Position numbers and translations under genes: made by a program
Source of the DNA: Trichosphaerium sp. ATCC 40318
Lineage: Eukaryota > Protista > Tubulinea
Direction of reading: 5' to 3'
NCBI GenBank assembly: GCA_038496445.1
Contig: JALMLS010000316.1
Coordinates: 70,012-134,011 of the forward strand
Length of the DNA: 64,000 bases
Part shown: piece after piece, positions 23,660 through 36,854 of the stretch
Numbering within the stretch: position 1 is the first letter of the stretch
How the letters are laid out: each line of letters opens with the position of its first letter
Notes under the pieces: generated by a model
The model's input: the letters and a program-made list of their open reading frames with translations, nothing else
What the model was told of the DNA's origin: nothing
The model's database searches: none

Positions 23660-25966
23660 TAACCTTGCAAACTAAACACAAAAGAGCTGGAATCGCAATA
23701 AGCAATGCAAGTAGTACAAGTCCACCAAGACCCATGACCACTTTCTGAAGAGGTTCATCCTCTTTTCCAAGTTCACTTTCTTCTTGAGCAGGCGATAGAA
23801 TTGCAGTACATTGTGATCCTTTTGAATCAATAAGAGGTCCAACTGTTGAGATATTTTTGATTGTGACTTTAGCTTTTTCTAAAAGAGAGGCACTTAGTAC
23901 AATAACAAGAAAACTTTAATAGAAGTGTTATAGCAATAAATACCTTGTCCAAACACACACTGTTTTACTTCTATTACTCCTTGTTTATCGAATATTATCT
24001 GACTATCTTGCTGCCACCACATTGAACCTTAAGTAAAGTATTAGAGTAAGTCAACGATAACTATAAATACCTTGGATTACTAACGGCACTTTTAAAGTAA
24101 ACAAGATTGGTACATAAAAGTCACCAAACAAAGTCCACTTGTTATTAAGACACAAACAACGTTCCAAAGGTCGAGGATATCCACCACACATGCACTGATC
24201 ATCGGTTAGTACACCAGTTTGCTGTGCACATGTGTTTGGAGAGGTAGGTGAACCGGGTTGTTCAGTAGTCGACGGCGCTCCTGTTGTAGGAGGTACAGTT
24301 GTTGGAGGGATTGTTGTTGGCGATGTAGTTGTAGGAGATGTGGTAGTTGGAGATACGGTTGTTGGCGGCGTGGTTGTAGGAGGTAGTGTCGTTGGTGGCA
24401 TGGTAGTAGGAGGTAGTGTCGTTGGTGGCATTGTTGTGGGTGGTAATGTTGTTGGCGGTGTTGTAGTTGGGGGTGCAGTTGTTGGGGGCATGGTAGTAGG
24501 AGGTAGTGTTGTTGGGGGCATGGTAGTAGGAGGTAGTGTCGTTGGAGGCATGGTAGTAGGAGGTAGTGTCGTTGGTGGCATTGTTGTGGGTGGTAATGTT
24601 GTTGGGGGTGCAGTTGTTGGGGCCGCGGTAGGAGGTGCAGTGGTTGGAGGCATTGTTGTTGGCGGTGAAGTTGTTGGAGGCCTTGTTGTTGGGGCCGTTG
24701 GAGAAGCACATTTAGTTTTGAAGAGATTGAATTGTGCTTTTGAATTAACAAAAGAAGTCAACAGTAGATTGCAAGTACTAATATGTACATCGAAAAAATA
24801 GTTTTCTGTAGGCACACCAATTAAGGTAATTTCTTCTACATCAGTTATAGCATAGCTACATTAGTTAGATGGCAATCGTAAATAAACAAAACGTTTAGGT
24901 GAGACTTACGTATCTACATGTATTGTATACACTCTGATCTTGCTGGCACTGGCGTCCCATGTAACAGCAACAAACCTATAAATAGCTTTATAGTAAACAA
25001 CTTTGATTGGTACACTTGGTTGATTCCCTAGTGTAAACATAGCGCCATTGTTATCTAAGAAACAAAGTAGTTTAGTTACGTGGCACCAAGACAAATAAAA
25101 TTAATTCTTACCGCTAAACACTACTCGCGAATGTTGATTACGGCTTAGAGAGACGAAATTGAAATTATGTGAACTATGTGCAAACGAAACAGCACGTGGG
25201 TGATCATATCTTGTAGTCAGAGCACCACCAAAAATATATCCTGCAATAGCACTAGTAGTTAGTCTCGAATTATGATCGGGAATAAAACCCTCCCAAGAAT
25301 AGACATATAATCCGCTGGTCCAAGAGAGGTCGTAAGCCATAATCTTGGGTGCAGTAATGGTAGAAGCGAGATCATAACAACACTTCTCCCCCTCTGCCAC
25401 GTTTCCATATCTCATAAAGAAACTTTTAGCGCCCGAAACCTGATAAAATGTTACATAAATATTATCCTGGACGGTTTCATGAGTTGCAGTAGGCCTCATA
25501 TCTCCTATTATTCCATAACCAAGAAGATCGCTTTTGTATCTCACGGGGGAGCCATTTTCATCCAAAAATAATGCAGCGAGGTGCGTTGTTCCACCCACTG
25601 CGCAAGCATATAAAATGTTGAATTCATTGCCAGGACCATATTCAATATCGTACTGAAGCCACTTATGATTATTAGAATCAGGAGCTATGCGACAAATTGA
25701 ATCGACATAAATACCAGTTATACGTCCTGTGAACTCATTATAGAAGATGCCTGAGAAGTGACTAGCAGGGGTTGAGTTAGTTGATTGAAAATAGATAGTT
25801 GTTTAACGTACTGATCAGAGTATGGGTCCTTCCACAGCATTAGGAACTGATTAGTACCAGTACTGTACGTTGTTACAATTCTCCAAGGGTTAATAGTGAG
25901 AGTGATAGCAGGTAACGATTGTACTACGCAACACAATAGTGATAGAACCAAAATACTTGTCCTCAT
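23660..25966 (-). CDS. Type I membrane/surface glycoprotein with a Pro-Thr mucin stalk
   Basis: Signal MRTSILVLSLLCCVVQS; PPTTx repeats; Cys module CMCGG..CLC; C-terminal TM segment VVMGLGGLVLLALLIAIPALLCLV. The 3' end is approximate. Confidence 0.8.
24290..24700 (-). repeat. Coding 15-bp tandem repeat (PPTT[L/M/A/T]) with 30-bp and ~180-bp higher-order duplications
   Basis: GGCATGGTAGTAGGAGGTAGTGTCGTTGGT units on the + strand. Confidence 0.95.
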
Positions 25967-27070
25967 TAGATGTGGTCGTACGTGTTTGTTTTAGTATTTT
26001 TTAACTTAAACTATGCTCCCGTTTTGGAATCAAGCTGCGTCAGAATTCTAGTTTATAAAATCGCCACAAACACAATTATGATAGTTCACTAAGCTATTTC
26101 GACTTTCATTTTGGTAGTTCGCTATTCGTGCACGAAAAAAAAAATTATAAGCGCAATCACTTTTTAACAACAATATTTGGCGTTGTAAGGCCAAAACGCA
26201 GTGAAAGATTGAAATACGAACTAGCTCCAACTTTGGTATGTTACGAATATCGATATCATCAAATATTTAGGCAATTACCCTAAAATTTACCAGACGTTTG
26301 TGTGAAGGTAGTTTAGGTTATTTTAACGCGTAAAGTTGTAAATAGAAAACTAACATTTTTCATCCGTTTCTGGCATGTTCCGAATTACTATCAAACAACT
26401 CGTGAACCTATTAAACGTAAAAGATTTGCTGTCAGTACACTCACAATGGATGTTTGATTATCTCAAGAAAACATGGGAAAAACTAAAAGAGTGAAAGTCG
26501 GGCAACATAACGGAATAAAGTGACCTTGCATCTCAGATAGTTATTTACGCGTAGAAAAGGAGATATAGAGTATTTGCAAGCTCGTTTATGGATTATAACA
26601 GACAGAGATAAAATAACTACCGGAAAGGTGGTGTGTCGCTCTCGTTTGAGCTCGGACGGCTATATGTTACTTTGTTGGGTTTTTTGAATTTTCTTTTTGA
26701 ATTATTTTAATTCATCACAGATTTGTACAAAATTATTTCAGTTGTTTTGATCAACACAGTGTTACAAAGAAAGACAAAGTCAAGTTCAAAGCCTACGACG
26801 AGTTGAAATGCCGAAGCTCTGAACACGTGCTCAAGTATTGCTTTTCATGTGATACTAAGTAAATTTCGCATACACCAACCACTAAACTGTTTTGAAAGAA
26901 TTTGCCCTACTTCCGATACCTCATTGACGGTGGCGGTTGTAGAGCAACACTTCAAATGCTTCGTTGAAATCCGTTAGCCAATCTCATTTCCTTGCCTTAA
27001 AATTATTTCTTGTATTTTTCGCTTAAGACTTCTATCAACGCGTTTTTTCAACATACTCAACTATAAAAGC

Positions 27071-29752
27071 ATGGCTGAAACAAAATCAAGAGAAGAACTC
27101 GAGCAAGAGCTTGAAAAGTGTAGAGCTAAAGTAAAAGAGGTACGAAAACGCTATATTGATAAATTGGTGGCAATTGTAGACGCTACAAACGATATTTTTT
27201 GCACGTTCTATTTTTCTTTGGCTTACCAGCGTATTAGCTAGAATCGCGCTTGTCTGTATCAGAGCCTGATTTACCACGCCGTGTGTCAATTGGTGCAGTA
27301 CGTATTTACTAATGGATCACAAAACGCAGCTGAATACGATATTCTTGTATGTGCGACACGATCTAATACTATCATAGCTTGCTAAAAACCCGGATGCGTA
27401 TATTGGCAAATATATTGGTGTAGGTGGCTGGATTAGATCAGCTCGGTACGTTTCGTAGCGTATACAGCAGTTTTGAAGCTCTTCAGCCGCAAGTCTCTAT
27501 TTCCGACTGACACTCCCTAGTACTGCCGGAGGTGGTTCATTTTGCTTCGTCACAATTACTGACGGTACTACACACGCCACTCTTCAAGTACGCACTCAAA
27601 TTATTTAAAAACTGTCAACTAGCCAACACAGTATTCCTTACGAACACACGCAGGTAGTAGTAGACGGCAAGATTGAGAACTTTGATAAAGTCAAGTCTGG
27701 AAGCACTGGCATGTCAATTTTCGTAAAGGGAAAGCTCATTGAGAGTAAAGGTAAGCTATACGTGACGTCAACACAATAATAATGGTTGTTTATAGGTAAA
27801 GGACAGTTATTTGAGCTCTCTTGCCAATATATTCGCGTTTTGGGTGAATGCCCACAAGATGGATACCCACTACAAGGTAAAGGACACGGACTAGAATATT
27901 TGCGTGGTTTGACGCACTTGAGACCGCGAACACGATTGGTATGCACATTTTTAGTTAATTTTTTGTTCAAAACACAAAAACAACTTTTTTCTTGGACGCC
28001 TTTGTTCTCGAATTATTTCGCTTCGTTAATATCAAATACCATGCTAATTTACGATTATAGTTTGGTGCTGTATTCAGGATCAGAAACGCTCTAGCATTCG
28101 CCACTCACTTGTTCTTCCAACAACAAGTAAGTTTTTTTTTTGATTTGTTTTTATGGTCCAATCTAACAATTTTTTAATAGGATTACTTATACGTTCACAC
28201 ACCTATCATCACAGCTTCTGATTGCGAAGGTGCTGGTGAGATGTTCCAACTCACAACATTGATGAAGGATGATGTTAAGGAAATTCCACAAACAAAAGAA
28301 GGAAAGGTTGATTACACCAAAGATTTCTTCAAACGCCCAACTTTCTTGACTGTATCTGGTCAATTAAACGTAGAAGCTTTTGCATGCGCATTATCCAACG
28401 TTTACACTTTTGGACCAACATTCAGGTACCCAACACGCATCAAACTTAGCTCGAAAAAAAAAGCTTCCCTCTTTAACATGTTTTCTTACACTTTTGTCTT
28501 TTTAGAGCTGAATACTCTTTTACTACTCGTCACGTCGCAGAATTTTGGATGATTGAACCTGAAATTGCCTTCGGTGATTTGTTAGAGAACATGGACTTGG
28601 CTGAGGTAATCGTTTTTTTAATATTTATTCCTCTTCCATTGAAAGGTAGTTACGCTTATGTGATTGTATAGGCATACGTCAAGTTTGTCATTAAATATTG
28701 CTTGGACAACGTTCACGGTGATTTATTGATCTGTGAAGAGCACCAAAAGAAGTGGTTGAAGGTACGTGTCGCTGAAGCTCAAGCAAAGGCAAAGAAAGCA
28801 GGTACACGTTAAAAAAATGGTAATTAAAATAAACAATCTTACTAATCGTTTACCAGCACAAGGAAAACCACAAAAGAAAAAGAAAAAGGGACCTAAAGAT
28901 TGGCATGCAGTACCTCTTATTGAGCGCCTCGAAAACCTTGCAAACTCCAGATTTGCTCGTATCACCTATACTGAGGCTATTGACCTATTGCTCAAAGCTG
29001 TTGAGGAAGGTATTGTGTTCGAAAACGTACGTTACGAGAAAACAATCTTGAAGAAGTTTCTTTGGTTGTTTGGTGTACTAATTGTTTGTTTCTTAGAAAG
29101 TTGAATGGGGTATTGATCTTGCTTCTGAGCATGAAAGATACATGGCTGAAACTGTATTCCGTAAACCAGTCATTGTTCGCGATTACCCAAAGGAAATCAA
29201 GGTAAAGCAGATGTTTCTGTTTGTATTTTTATTACATTTTAATTTTACATTCTCTTACCTTGTATTTTAAGGCTTTCTACATGCGCTTGAGCGATGATGA
29301 AAAGACTGTTGCTGCTATGGACATTCTTGTACCTGGTATCGGTGAATTAGTAGGAGGTATGTAACTGTTTTCTCAGCAGTGTTGGTTCGTTCAAATTGTG
29401 TTAAACACGCTTCGTAGGTTCTCAAAGAGAAGAACGTCTTGATGTACTAGAACGTCGTATCAAAGAATGTGGACTTGAAGAGAGCGCTTATAAATGGTAT
29501 CTCGATCTCAGACGCTACGGATCTGTGCCTCACTCTGGATTCGGTACGCTTTTATACAAAAAATATTGTTTACTAATTTATTTGTTGTAGGTGTTGGTTT
29601 TGGCCGTCTTGTAACATACGTTGCTGGTATCGAGAGTATCAAGGATGTACTTCCTTACCCAAGACACGCTGTCAAAGGTGTCAAATTGGATGTACGTCAT
29701 CATCAAATACTTTTTTTTTTATTTATTCTTTATTTAGCACGAAATGATCTAA
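27071..29752 (+). CDS. NARS: Asparaginyl-tRNA synthetase (bacterial/organellar-like type with a Lys-rich insertion)
   Basis: [82 protein letters not shown]. Confidence 0.95.
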
Positions 29753-30010
29753 TGACGTTGTTTGTACCGCGTATTATGGGCTAAATAATTGTAATAAACG
29801 TATAAGCTTTGTTGCACTTCTATTCCCATTAAAAAAAGTCACATCGTCTGTCGTTGTATTGTCTATTGCGTCATTTTTTAAGGGTGGTCTTTGAGCGGAC
29901 TTACTAAAATCTGAGATGTGGAATACAGTTGACTTTTTGTAGCTCCTTTTGTATTCATTTTTCCCGCTATAATTTAAAAATCTAAACGACGTGTTCGTAT
30001 AGCACTACAA

Positions 30011-33000
30011 ATGACTACGTCTTCAATGCGCGGTGTTTCACTGCTTTCTGGGTTGAATAGTATAAGTAAACCGGCAAAACGCGTAGATCGATCATCAAAT
30101 GTATGTGCCAGTGTATTTTGATCTATTCTAACGCGTTTATAGATCAATAACGTTTTGAAGCTAGACGTAAAAGCCATTGTTGTACGCTGAATGTGATTGT
30201 GTGCTAGCGTAACTAACTACGCTAGGTGTTTGATGCAGAAGAGCTTATTGAAGAATTAAAGAAAATTAGACGCACCTTGCACTCTACAAACGCAGAATGG
30301 AGTACCAGGGTATGATTATAACGCCACAAAAACCTTTAGTCAAGCATCAGAAACATTCAAAAAAATAACCGTTGGTTTTAAGTAAAAAACGTACAAACTA
30401 AAAAAAACCGTTAGGTGGATAGTATGAAACGCTTGCAAGGTTTAATCATCGGATGTGCTCTTGAATACGACGAGTTTTTCTCATTTTTGAAACATTTACA
30501 CGCACCGATTGCAACACAGGTACAGTAGCTATTTTATTGCGTCAAATATTGATTAAACGAAGCATAACAAAAAAAACCAGCAAAAAGTTATTGTTTTTTA
30601 TGACTGATTTCTTTCTTTGTAGTTGACCGATCTTCGCTCTGCTGTTGTAAAGGAAACATGTCTTACTATAAGATTATTTGCGTCAAAGCTTGGTGATGAT
30701 TCAAACGTCTTTGCTGATTTTATTATTCCTCATCTGTTGAGGTACGGGAGAGTCTGTCCGAAATCAAATAATTTTGACATTCTTTTTTTGTTTGCTTTGT
30801 TTTTCGATGATGATTTCACGCTGGCTCGTCAGAACAATAATGTTGATCAGCTGTGCCTGATTAGCACTGTCTTAGGAATACATAACTTGTTTTAAACAAC
30901 ATAAACCTCTTTCCTAAATTGGTAAACTGTCGATACTTACTTTTTTTTTTCTTCATAGATTGCTTGTTGTTACTATCCAAGTAATGTCAGAAGCTGCAAA
31001 TGACGCCATCACTACTATTATAAATAATGTCACTCTTCATTCTGCGTTTGTACATATTCTAAATAACGCAAAAGCAAACAAACACAGCACGCTCAGAGCA
31101 AGGTATACAAGCAAATCGAACGTTTTATTTTTATTTTTTTGTCACTGTTTCAAATAACGGCCAAAAAAGCTTTCTTATACTTCGTTTTATTTACGCATAA
31201 GGATAACCCCACACTCTTTTGTACTGCTCAACTAACTAAAATCCAACTCTATTTTGCCTTTTTTTGTATTGTCTTTTTCAATGAAAAAAAGCCGCTATGC
31301 CACGAGGAGAGTGATATCCACACTCCTCCTGGCATGCTACATAAGCTATGTAGTGACTAAGTACTGTCCATTCTTAAGTTAACTGTTTTCATTCTTAGAT
31401 CTGTTTCTTATGTTCATATGGTTCTACAAACGAGAAGTAAAGCTTATCTAGAGCGTTATTCTTCTCAGATTTCTTCTGTTATATATAATTGTGTTATGGA
31501 TGCTTGTGGTGATGTGAGGTCTGGTGCAAGATCTTGTTACTATAGTTTCCAACTCCACTTCCCGGAATTAGCTGAAAGGTACGCACACGAAGGACACTAG
31601 ATGATTTCGAGAACAATTACAGTTTTTGTTTTCTCATGTTTTTTGTTTGTTTGTTGACACTTTGTAGTTTATTGTGTTCCTTTGATATTTCTATGCGTCG
31701 CCTTATTGGTGACGAGAACGTCGCTCCTAAAGCGCAACCAACAAGAGCTCGTAGAACTAATGGTAATCAAGCCATGGCAGCAAAACCTAGAAGGAGGCAA
31801 ATACCATCAAAAAATACAAAAAATACAAAAAAGACAATGGATAGTAAAAAAGGCAAAAGAGTTGGGTTTGGTCGTGTTCCTCTTACTAATAAAACAAATC
31901 TACCTTCGAGCCGTGGAAACACACCTTCACGTGTCGCTTCAAAGAAACCTGGTACGTAGGCAACCTTTATTTGAAACACCTAGTTTTGCGTCTTTCATCA
32001 CGAGTTTATTAACTGATTTTTTCTAAAGGTTTAGGCGCTAGTTTTACTGTACCTCATAGTGTCAAACGTAAACCAGCAGTCCCCCATAGATTCGCTACTA
32101 CAACAGGCGTTTCACGTCGTGTTGATAAAGCATTGCCGACGTAAGTTTCCGGTGAAGAAAACTCGACTTTGTTATTTTTTATTAATCTTTTTTCTCAGAC
32201 TTGATGTAATGTCTCCTGGTTTCCGTATGTCTGCACCACGAAGAAAAGTTGTTACAAATCCAGTTACTCCAAATAATAACGCACTATCGAAAATATCTGT
32301 GCGATACCCGAAGATCTTCAGAGATGCCACAAGCGCGCCAAGGTAAACAACGGAACACCTGTTCCTTTTTCTTATTTTTTTCTTATTTCTCCTTCGTTAA
32401 TACCCTCGCAGGCGACAAGTCACTCCAAGTGCTACACCTAATGTTAAGCTACCACCTAAACCTAGGTTTACTAGCAAACCGAAAACAGTAGCAAAGAAAC
32501 CACCTATTCCACGACGTATTGCACCTGAACGTAAAAAGAAATCAGAACGACGACGAAGATCTTCTGGTACTTTACAACCAAACGCTCCTCTGGATATGCC
32601 TACAAGGCCATTGAGGAATGCTAAGCCTGGCACACGCGCTCAAAACAAACCTGTATCAAAAGAAGATGTTTCCGTAGAGAAAGGTAAGGAAGCATCCGAA
32701 CTATTTTGAATAGTAAGCTTTATACTGATTTTTTCCTCTTTCAAAGATTCCGTACGGGAGTACATCATACACATTAAACAATTATCGGATTCTGATTGGC
32801 ACACAAGATTAGATGCGTGGCGTTGGTTGAAAGAACAAGTTCATGCAACCCACTTCAAGACAAGGGTACCAACTTTTTTGTCTGATAATACTAAAAACCG
32901 ATTTGCAACTTTTCTTCTTTTCTAACTCTTTCTAAAAAGGTCCTTGCCAAGAAGTCCCTTGTTGATAAACTTGTCACAGCGTACAGAAATCATATTCTAG

Positions 33001-33753
33001 ATCCTCACTTTAAAGTAATGCACCAAGTAAGTTATCACTGTGAATTGTACGATTTGTTGCTTACTTGAAAAAAAAAAAAGGTTCTGGCGTCTTTTGCAAA
33101 TTTAATTATCCTCTACCCTCGCGAAATACAGCCTTGGCTTGACTCTGTATTACCACAACTTCTTTCTTTATGGGCTGGTAACTCACATAAACAAGACTCA
33201 CGCACACATGCTCTTGAGTTAATAACACATTTGAGAGAAAACTATAGAGTAAGTTAGAGTTCTTTTCGTATTTCAAACCTTCTCTAACTCCATTATTAAG
33301 GGCGGTATTCTTGCGCAACTTACCATAAAATTGGTGGAAAGACCAGATCTCACTATCAGGCTTGGAGCCCTACAACTTTTGAATATGGTCATCCCAGACG
33401 CAGGTCATTTTTTCAATAACTCGAAACGTACGCCTTCTCCTTTTTTTCTTCTTTTTTTTCTGTCCACTCTTTCTTCCTCCTTTTATCTCCTTTGCTCACT
33501 ATTTCTATTAGATGTCCGCGTGTGCTTTTCAAAGCTATCAAGGACATATGCATCGGTAAATACATCAACAGTAAAGAAACAAATTGTTGCTGTTCTACTG
33601 AGTGTATACAAGCATCATGTTAGCGCTTATAAAACAAATGCTCAATCAATACAATGTAAAGAACTAAGAGCACTTATTGAGTCACGTACTAGGCGTTGTA
33701 GCTCACCACTTACATCACCTGCACATAAAAAGAAGAGAGCACGCCTACGGTAG
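30011..33753 (+). CDS. CLASP: CLASP-like microtubule-associated TOG/HEAT protein
   Basis: EWSTRVDSMKRLQ, DLRSAVVKETC, VMSEAANDAI, DACGDVRSGAR; basic Ser/Pro-rich linker; second TOG with DWHTR..ILDPHFKVMH. Start codon uncertain. Confidence 0.8.
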
Positions 33754-33974
33754 AAGAAAATAAGAAAAAAGAAAGAAAGTTAACTTTGTTGTTTTTGAAA
33801 AGAGCTGTACAATAATAATAGAAAAATAATGTTATGAAAGGATTTGTTTGCTTATGTCGCAAGACAAAGAGATCTACATATTTACTGGCTTTTTTTTGGA
33901 ATTCGACTATTTTAATGGCGTGTAAAACTTTGTTTTCTGTACAAGTGGTTAAAACAAGCCTAGAAAAAAAAAAC

Positions 33975-34100
33975 AACCGACTTCACAGACAACCAACAAC
34001 GCCACGAACACAAAGGGCCCCAACAACACTACCTCCTACTACCATTCCCAACTACAAGGCCACCAACAGCTGTACCTCCTACTACCATGATACAACGGCG
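33975..34100 (+). pseudogene. Orphan Pro-Thr mucin fragment related to the 24 kb repeat family
   Basis: PTTLPPTTIP followed by a frameshift; no signal-peptide exon found. Confidence 0.35.
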
Positions 34101-34307
34101 GACAATAATATTTCTTCAGGAGCTACCAGCAGTATTTTTGGCACAATGTTGGATTCCATAGTTCAGATATTGGTTACAGCTTTCGCAAGAAGCCGAAATG
34201 ACTGTTTTTGAACAAAGGTGTGATACAGATACAGATAGAAGAACAAAATTGTTGTATCAAGCCATGTTTATGTGTTATTTCAAACATAACAATACAGAAA
34301 GCGCATA

Positions 34308-36409
34308 CTACCCAATGGGCGGTATTGACGCACAAGTATCTTTACAAGCGCACAAGCTATCAGAACATCTCTTGAAAGGTAACACATCAGGCACGACTGC
34401 TACTTCAGACGTCTGAATAAACTCTCTACACCAACTATGAAATGCAACTCCAAGAAAGCAGCTCTGAATCCTAAAATACTTGAATCAATATCAAGAGATC
34501 CTGAGCAGTGATAGCATACCTGTTTTAGGAGTATCAGGAACGCCCTTGTAAATTCGACCGCTTTGTGTAAGAGGGAGGATAGGCGTAGAAGTCCATGGAA
34601 TCGCTTCTGGAATAGCTCTGAGTACACGTGCTTTTTCGTTGTATGCTGTCCACATGAGTACTTTCTATAGTATAATTAGAATTAATTATACCTCGTGTAA
34701 AGAGCTTACTGTGGGTACTACAGAAGCAATTGAGTAAACTCTACCGGTACTTCTAAAAATCCAAGAACGGACTTTTGGTATTGTGATTTGATTTATCAAA
34801 GCATTGTACCAAGTGATAATACTCTCTCTAATAGTAAGTGTTAGCTTCATAATGACTTAACTGTAAGTACATTGCCAAAGGCCCTGCGCTACCGTGGATA
34901 GAATTTGGAACATATCTCAACGACTTTGGACCTCGTAGTCTTTTATAGTAAAACTGACTGCTAGTAGGTTCAAAAAACCTGCACAAAGAAAAACCATTAG
35001 CGAAAAAACTGACTATCCGTGGTAGTTTGGTTGGTCACGTACTCATCTCCAGCGGAGTTAATAATGTATTTAGGCAGGGTAAATCTGTCATTGTAACTGA
35101 ATGGATCAATGAGATCCATCATCCTTTTGTTCTAGTAAAACTTAATCCAGGCTCCGTCTGGTCCAACAACGATGTTCAAGTAAAGCTTTATAAAAGAAGA
35201 ACAATGATACGTACTTCTGGTGTGTTTAGGAATCCATTCCATCCAATGGCAGCATAGTCACCAATAGCATAACTAAAGAACCCGTACGCCTGTTTTTTTG
35301 TAAGTTACATAAGACGAAATCCGTTGAAATTTATTCACGTGCCCTAAATTGATGATTCAAGGATGGAATTAAGTTCAATACATCTAAAACTAAAGGTACG
35401 ATTCCAATGACTCTGTTGTCGATTGCAGATAACCAGGATGTCCTAAAAGATCTAAATTGAATGTAAAGTACATATGGAGAGCGATTTTTGTACCATCCGC
35501 GTTTAGACGCTCCCGTGAGAACAAAGTCGTCAATTTTTGCTGCAGTTCTACCTGCTATCGCTTCTTCAGCAACAAACTCTTGAATAGCATCCATTGCTTT
35601 AACTGCGGCTTTGACCATTGGAAACCTTGCAAGCTGGTATAAAATGTGAGTTGGTAGCAGTACAACAAGTGCTCACAATAGTAGAATCGAAGTTGTGAAG
35701 GTAATCCCACCACGTGAAAGCCATCAATTCGTCTAACAATACTTAAGATTTCTTCGTGATTGTTTTTTTTCAAAATGCATACCTTCTTCTCTTTGGAATC
35801 CTGGTACCGGATCATCTCTGAAAGAGATCTTTTGGTTTGGTATTTGATAGAGCCCAGCCCATACTGAGTTTAAAGCTAGAATAGGCTCAAAAAAAGCTTC
35901 AAGTTCGTGAATGCTGTGATCAGAATTGTTAGCAGAAAGGAGTCTTTTAGCTCGAAATAGTAAGTCATACCCAGATATATTGGTAGGTGGACTGCCTAGT
36001 GGATTGAAACCTGGACCAATGTACATCATGGCAGTGCTGTAGTCTACTTGGTCGGGTATAGCTCTGATAATATTATGAAAAGGGGGAACGGGAGAACAAT
36101 TTTCCCGACGGTTCTTTTTAGACTTACACTACCAACCAGTGCTCCCATACTGGCAAAGATACACGAGGTCGAGATAGCCACTTTTGAGAAGTTAATTTCA
36201 GCACGTTTACTGTGTATCTAGGTTCCCTAAAAGATGAAGCACGCTCCCACTTGTAGCTACAAAAGAAAACTTGGGTTAAAAAAACTGAACAGCATTGTAA
36301 TTTGTTATCATTACGTAGGGTCTGGAGCTGTTACATAAGCATCCAGTTCAGTGTATTTGACCGCAAATACACTTAGGATTAAACATAAGACCAAGAAATG
36401 CTGTTTCAT
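34308..36409 (-). CDS. Secreted PqaA/AprA-family alpha/beta-hydrolase-like protein
   Basis: Signal peptide, ELDAYVTAPDP, WEHWL, FPMVKAAVKAMD, GASKRGWTSW, IDP, SAGDEFF, YVPNSIHG, C-terminal VVPDVLPF. Apparent 1-nt frameshift near 34425. Confidence 0.85.
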
Positions 36410-36854
36410 TGGTGTGCTTGTTGGAAAACAATCACTTGCGGCATGGGCAATTTTTAGTTGTGAATCTTTTTTCGAGACAAAATTTCTCACTGCTTTCTGC
36501 TATTAGCGATAGTGTAATCAATTATTGCTTTACCCGGTAAATACACAAATTCACGTGACATTAAAAACCAGACACGGGCAAATCAAGTGAAATTTACCGG
36601 TAAAATACTGGTATCAAAATGATGGTATCAAGTTCAGGATTGGGCGTCAAAAGTTTTATGAACACGTACAAAACTGTTGGCACATAGTGGCCTCTTTTGA
36701 GTTACCTCACAAGTTATAGTTAAGTACACGGCAACTTAGTAGTGGTATGATGTAAACAAACAATACATGGCGTATCAGTTATTATGAAGATATCAGGGCT
36801 AAAAAAGAAAAATTGTATGTTTTATTTTTGACTACTTGACTATTTAAGTGTGCA

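Noticed and set aside
24206-24801. Long overlapping ORFs (GGxVV on +; Gln/His-rich and Asn-rich on -)
   Set aside because: Shadow frames of the PPTT 15-bp repeat; only the Pro-Thr frame splices into a gene with a signal peptide and TM segment.
26440-26865. Possible small + strand gene upstream of AsnRS
   Set aside because: Exon-like pieces exist but frames and start could not be reconciled.
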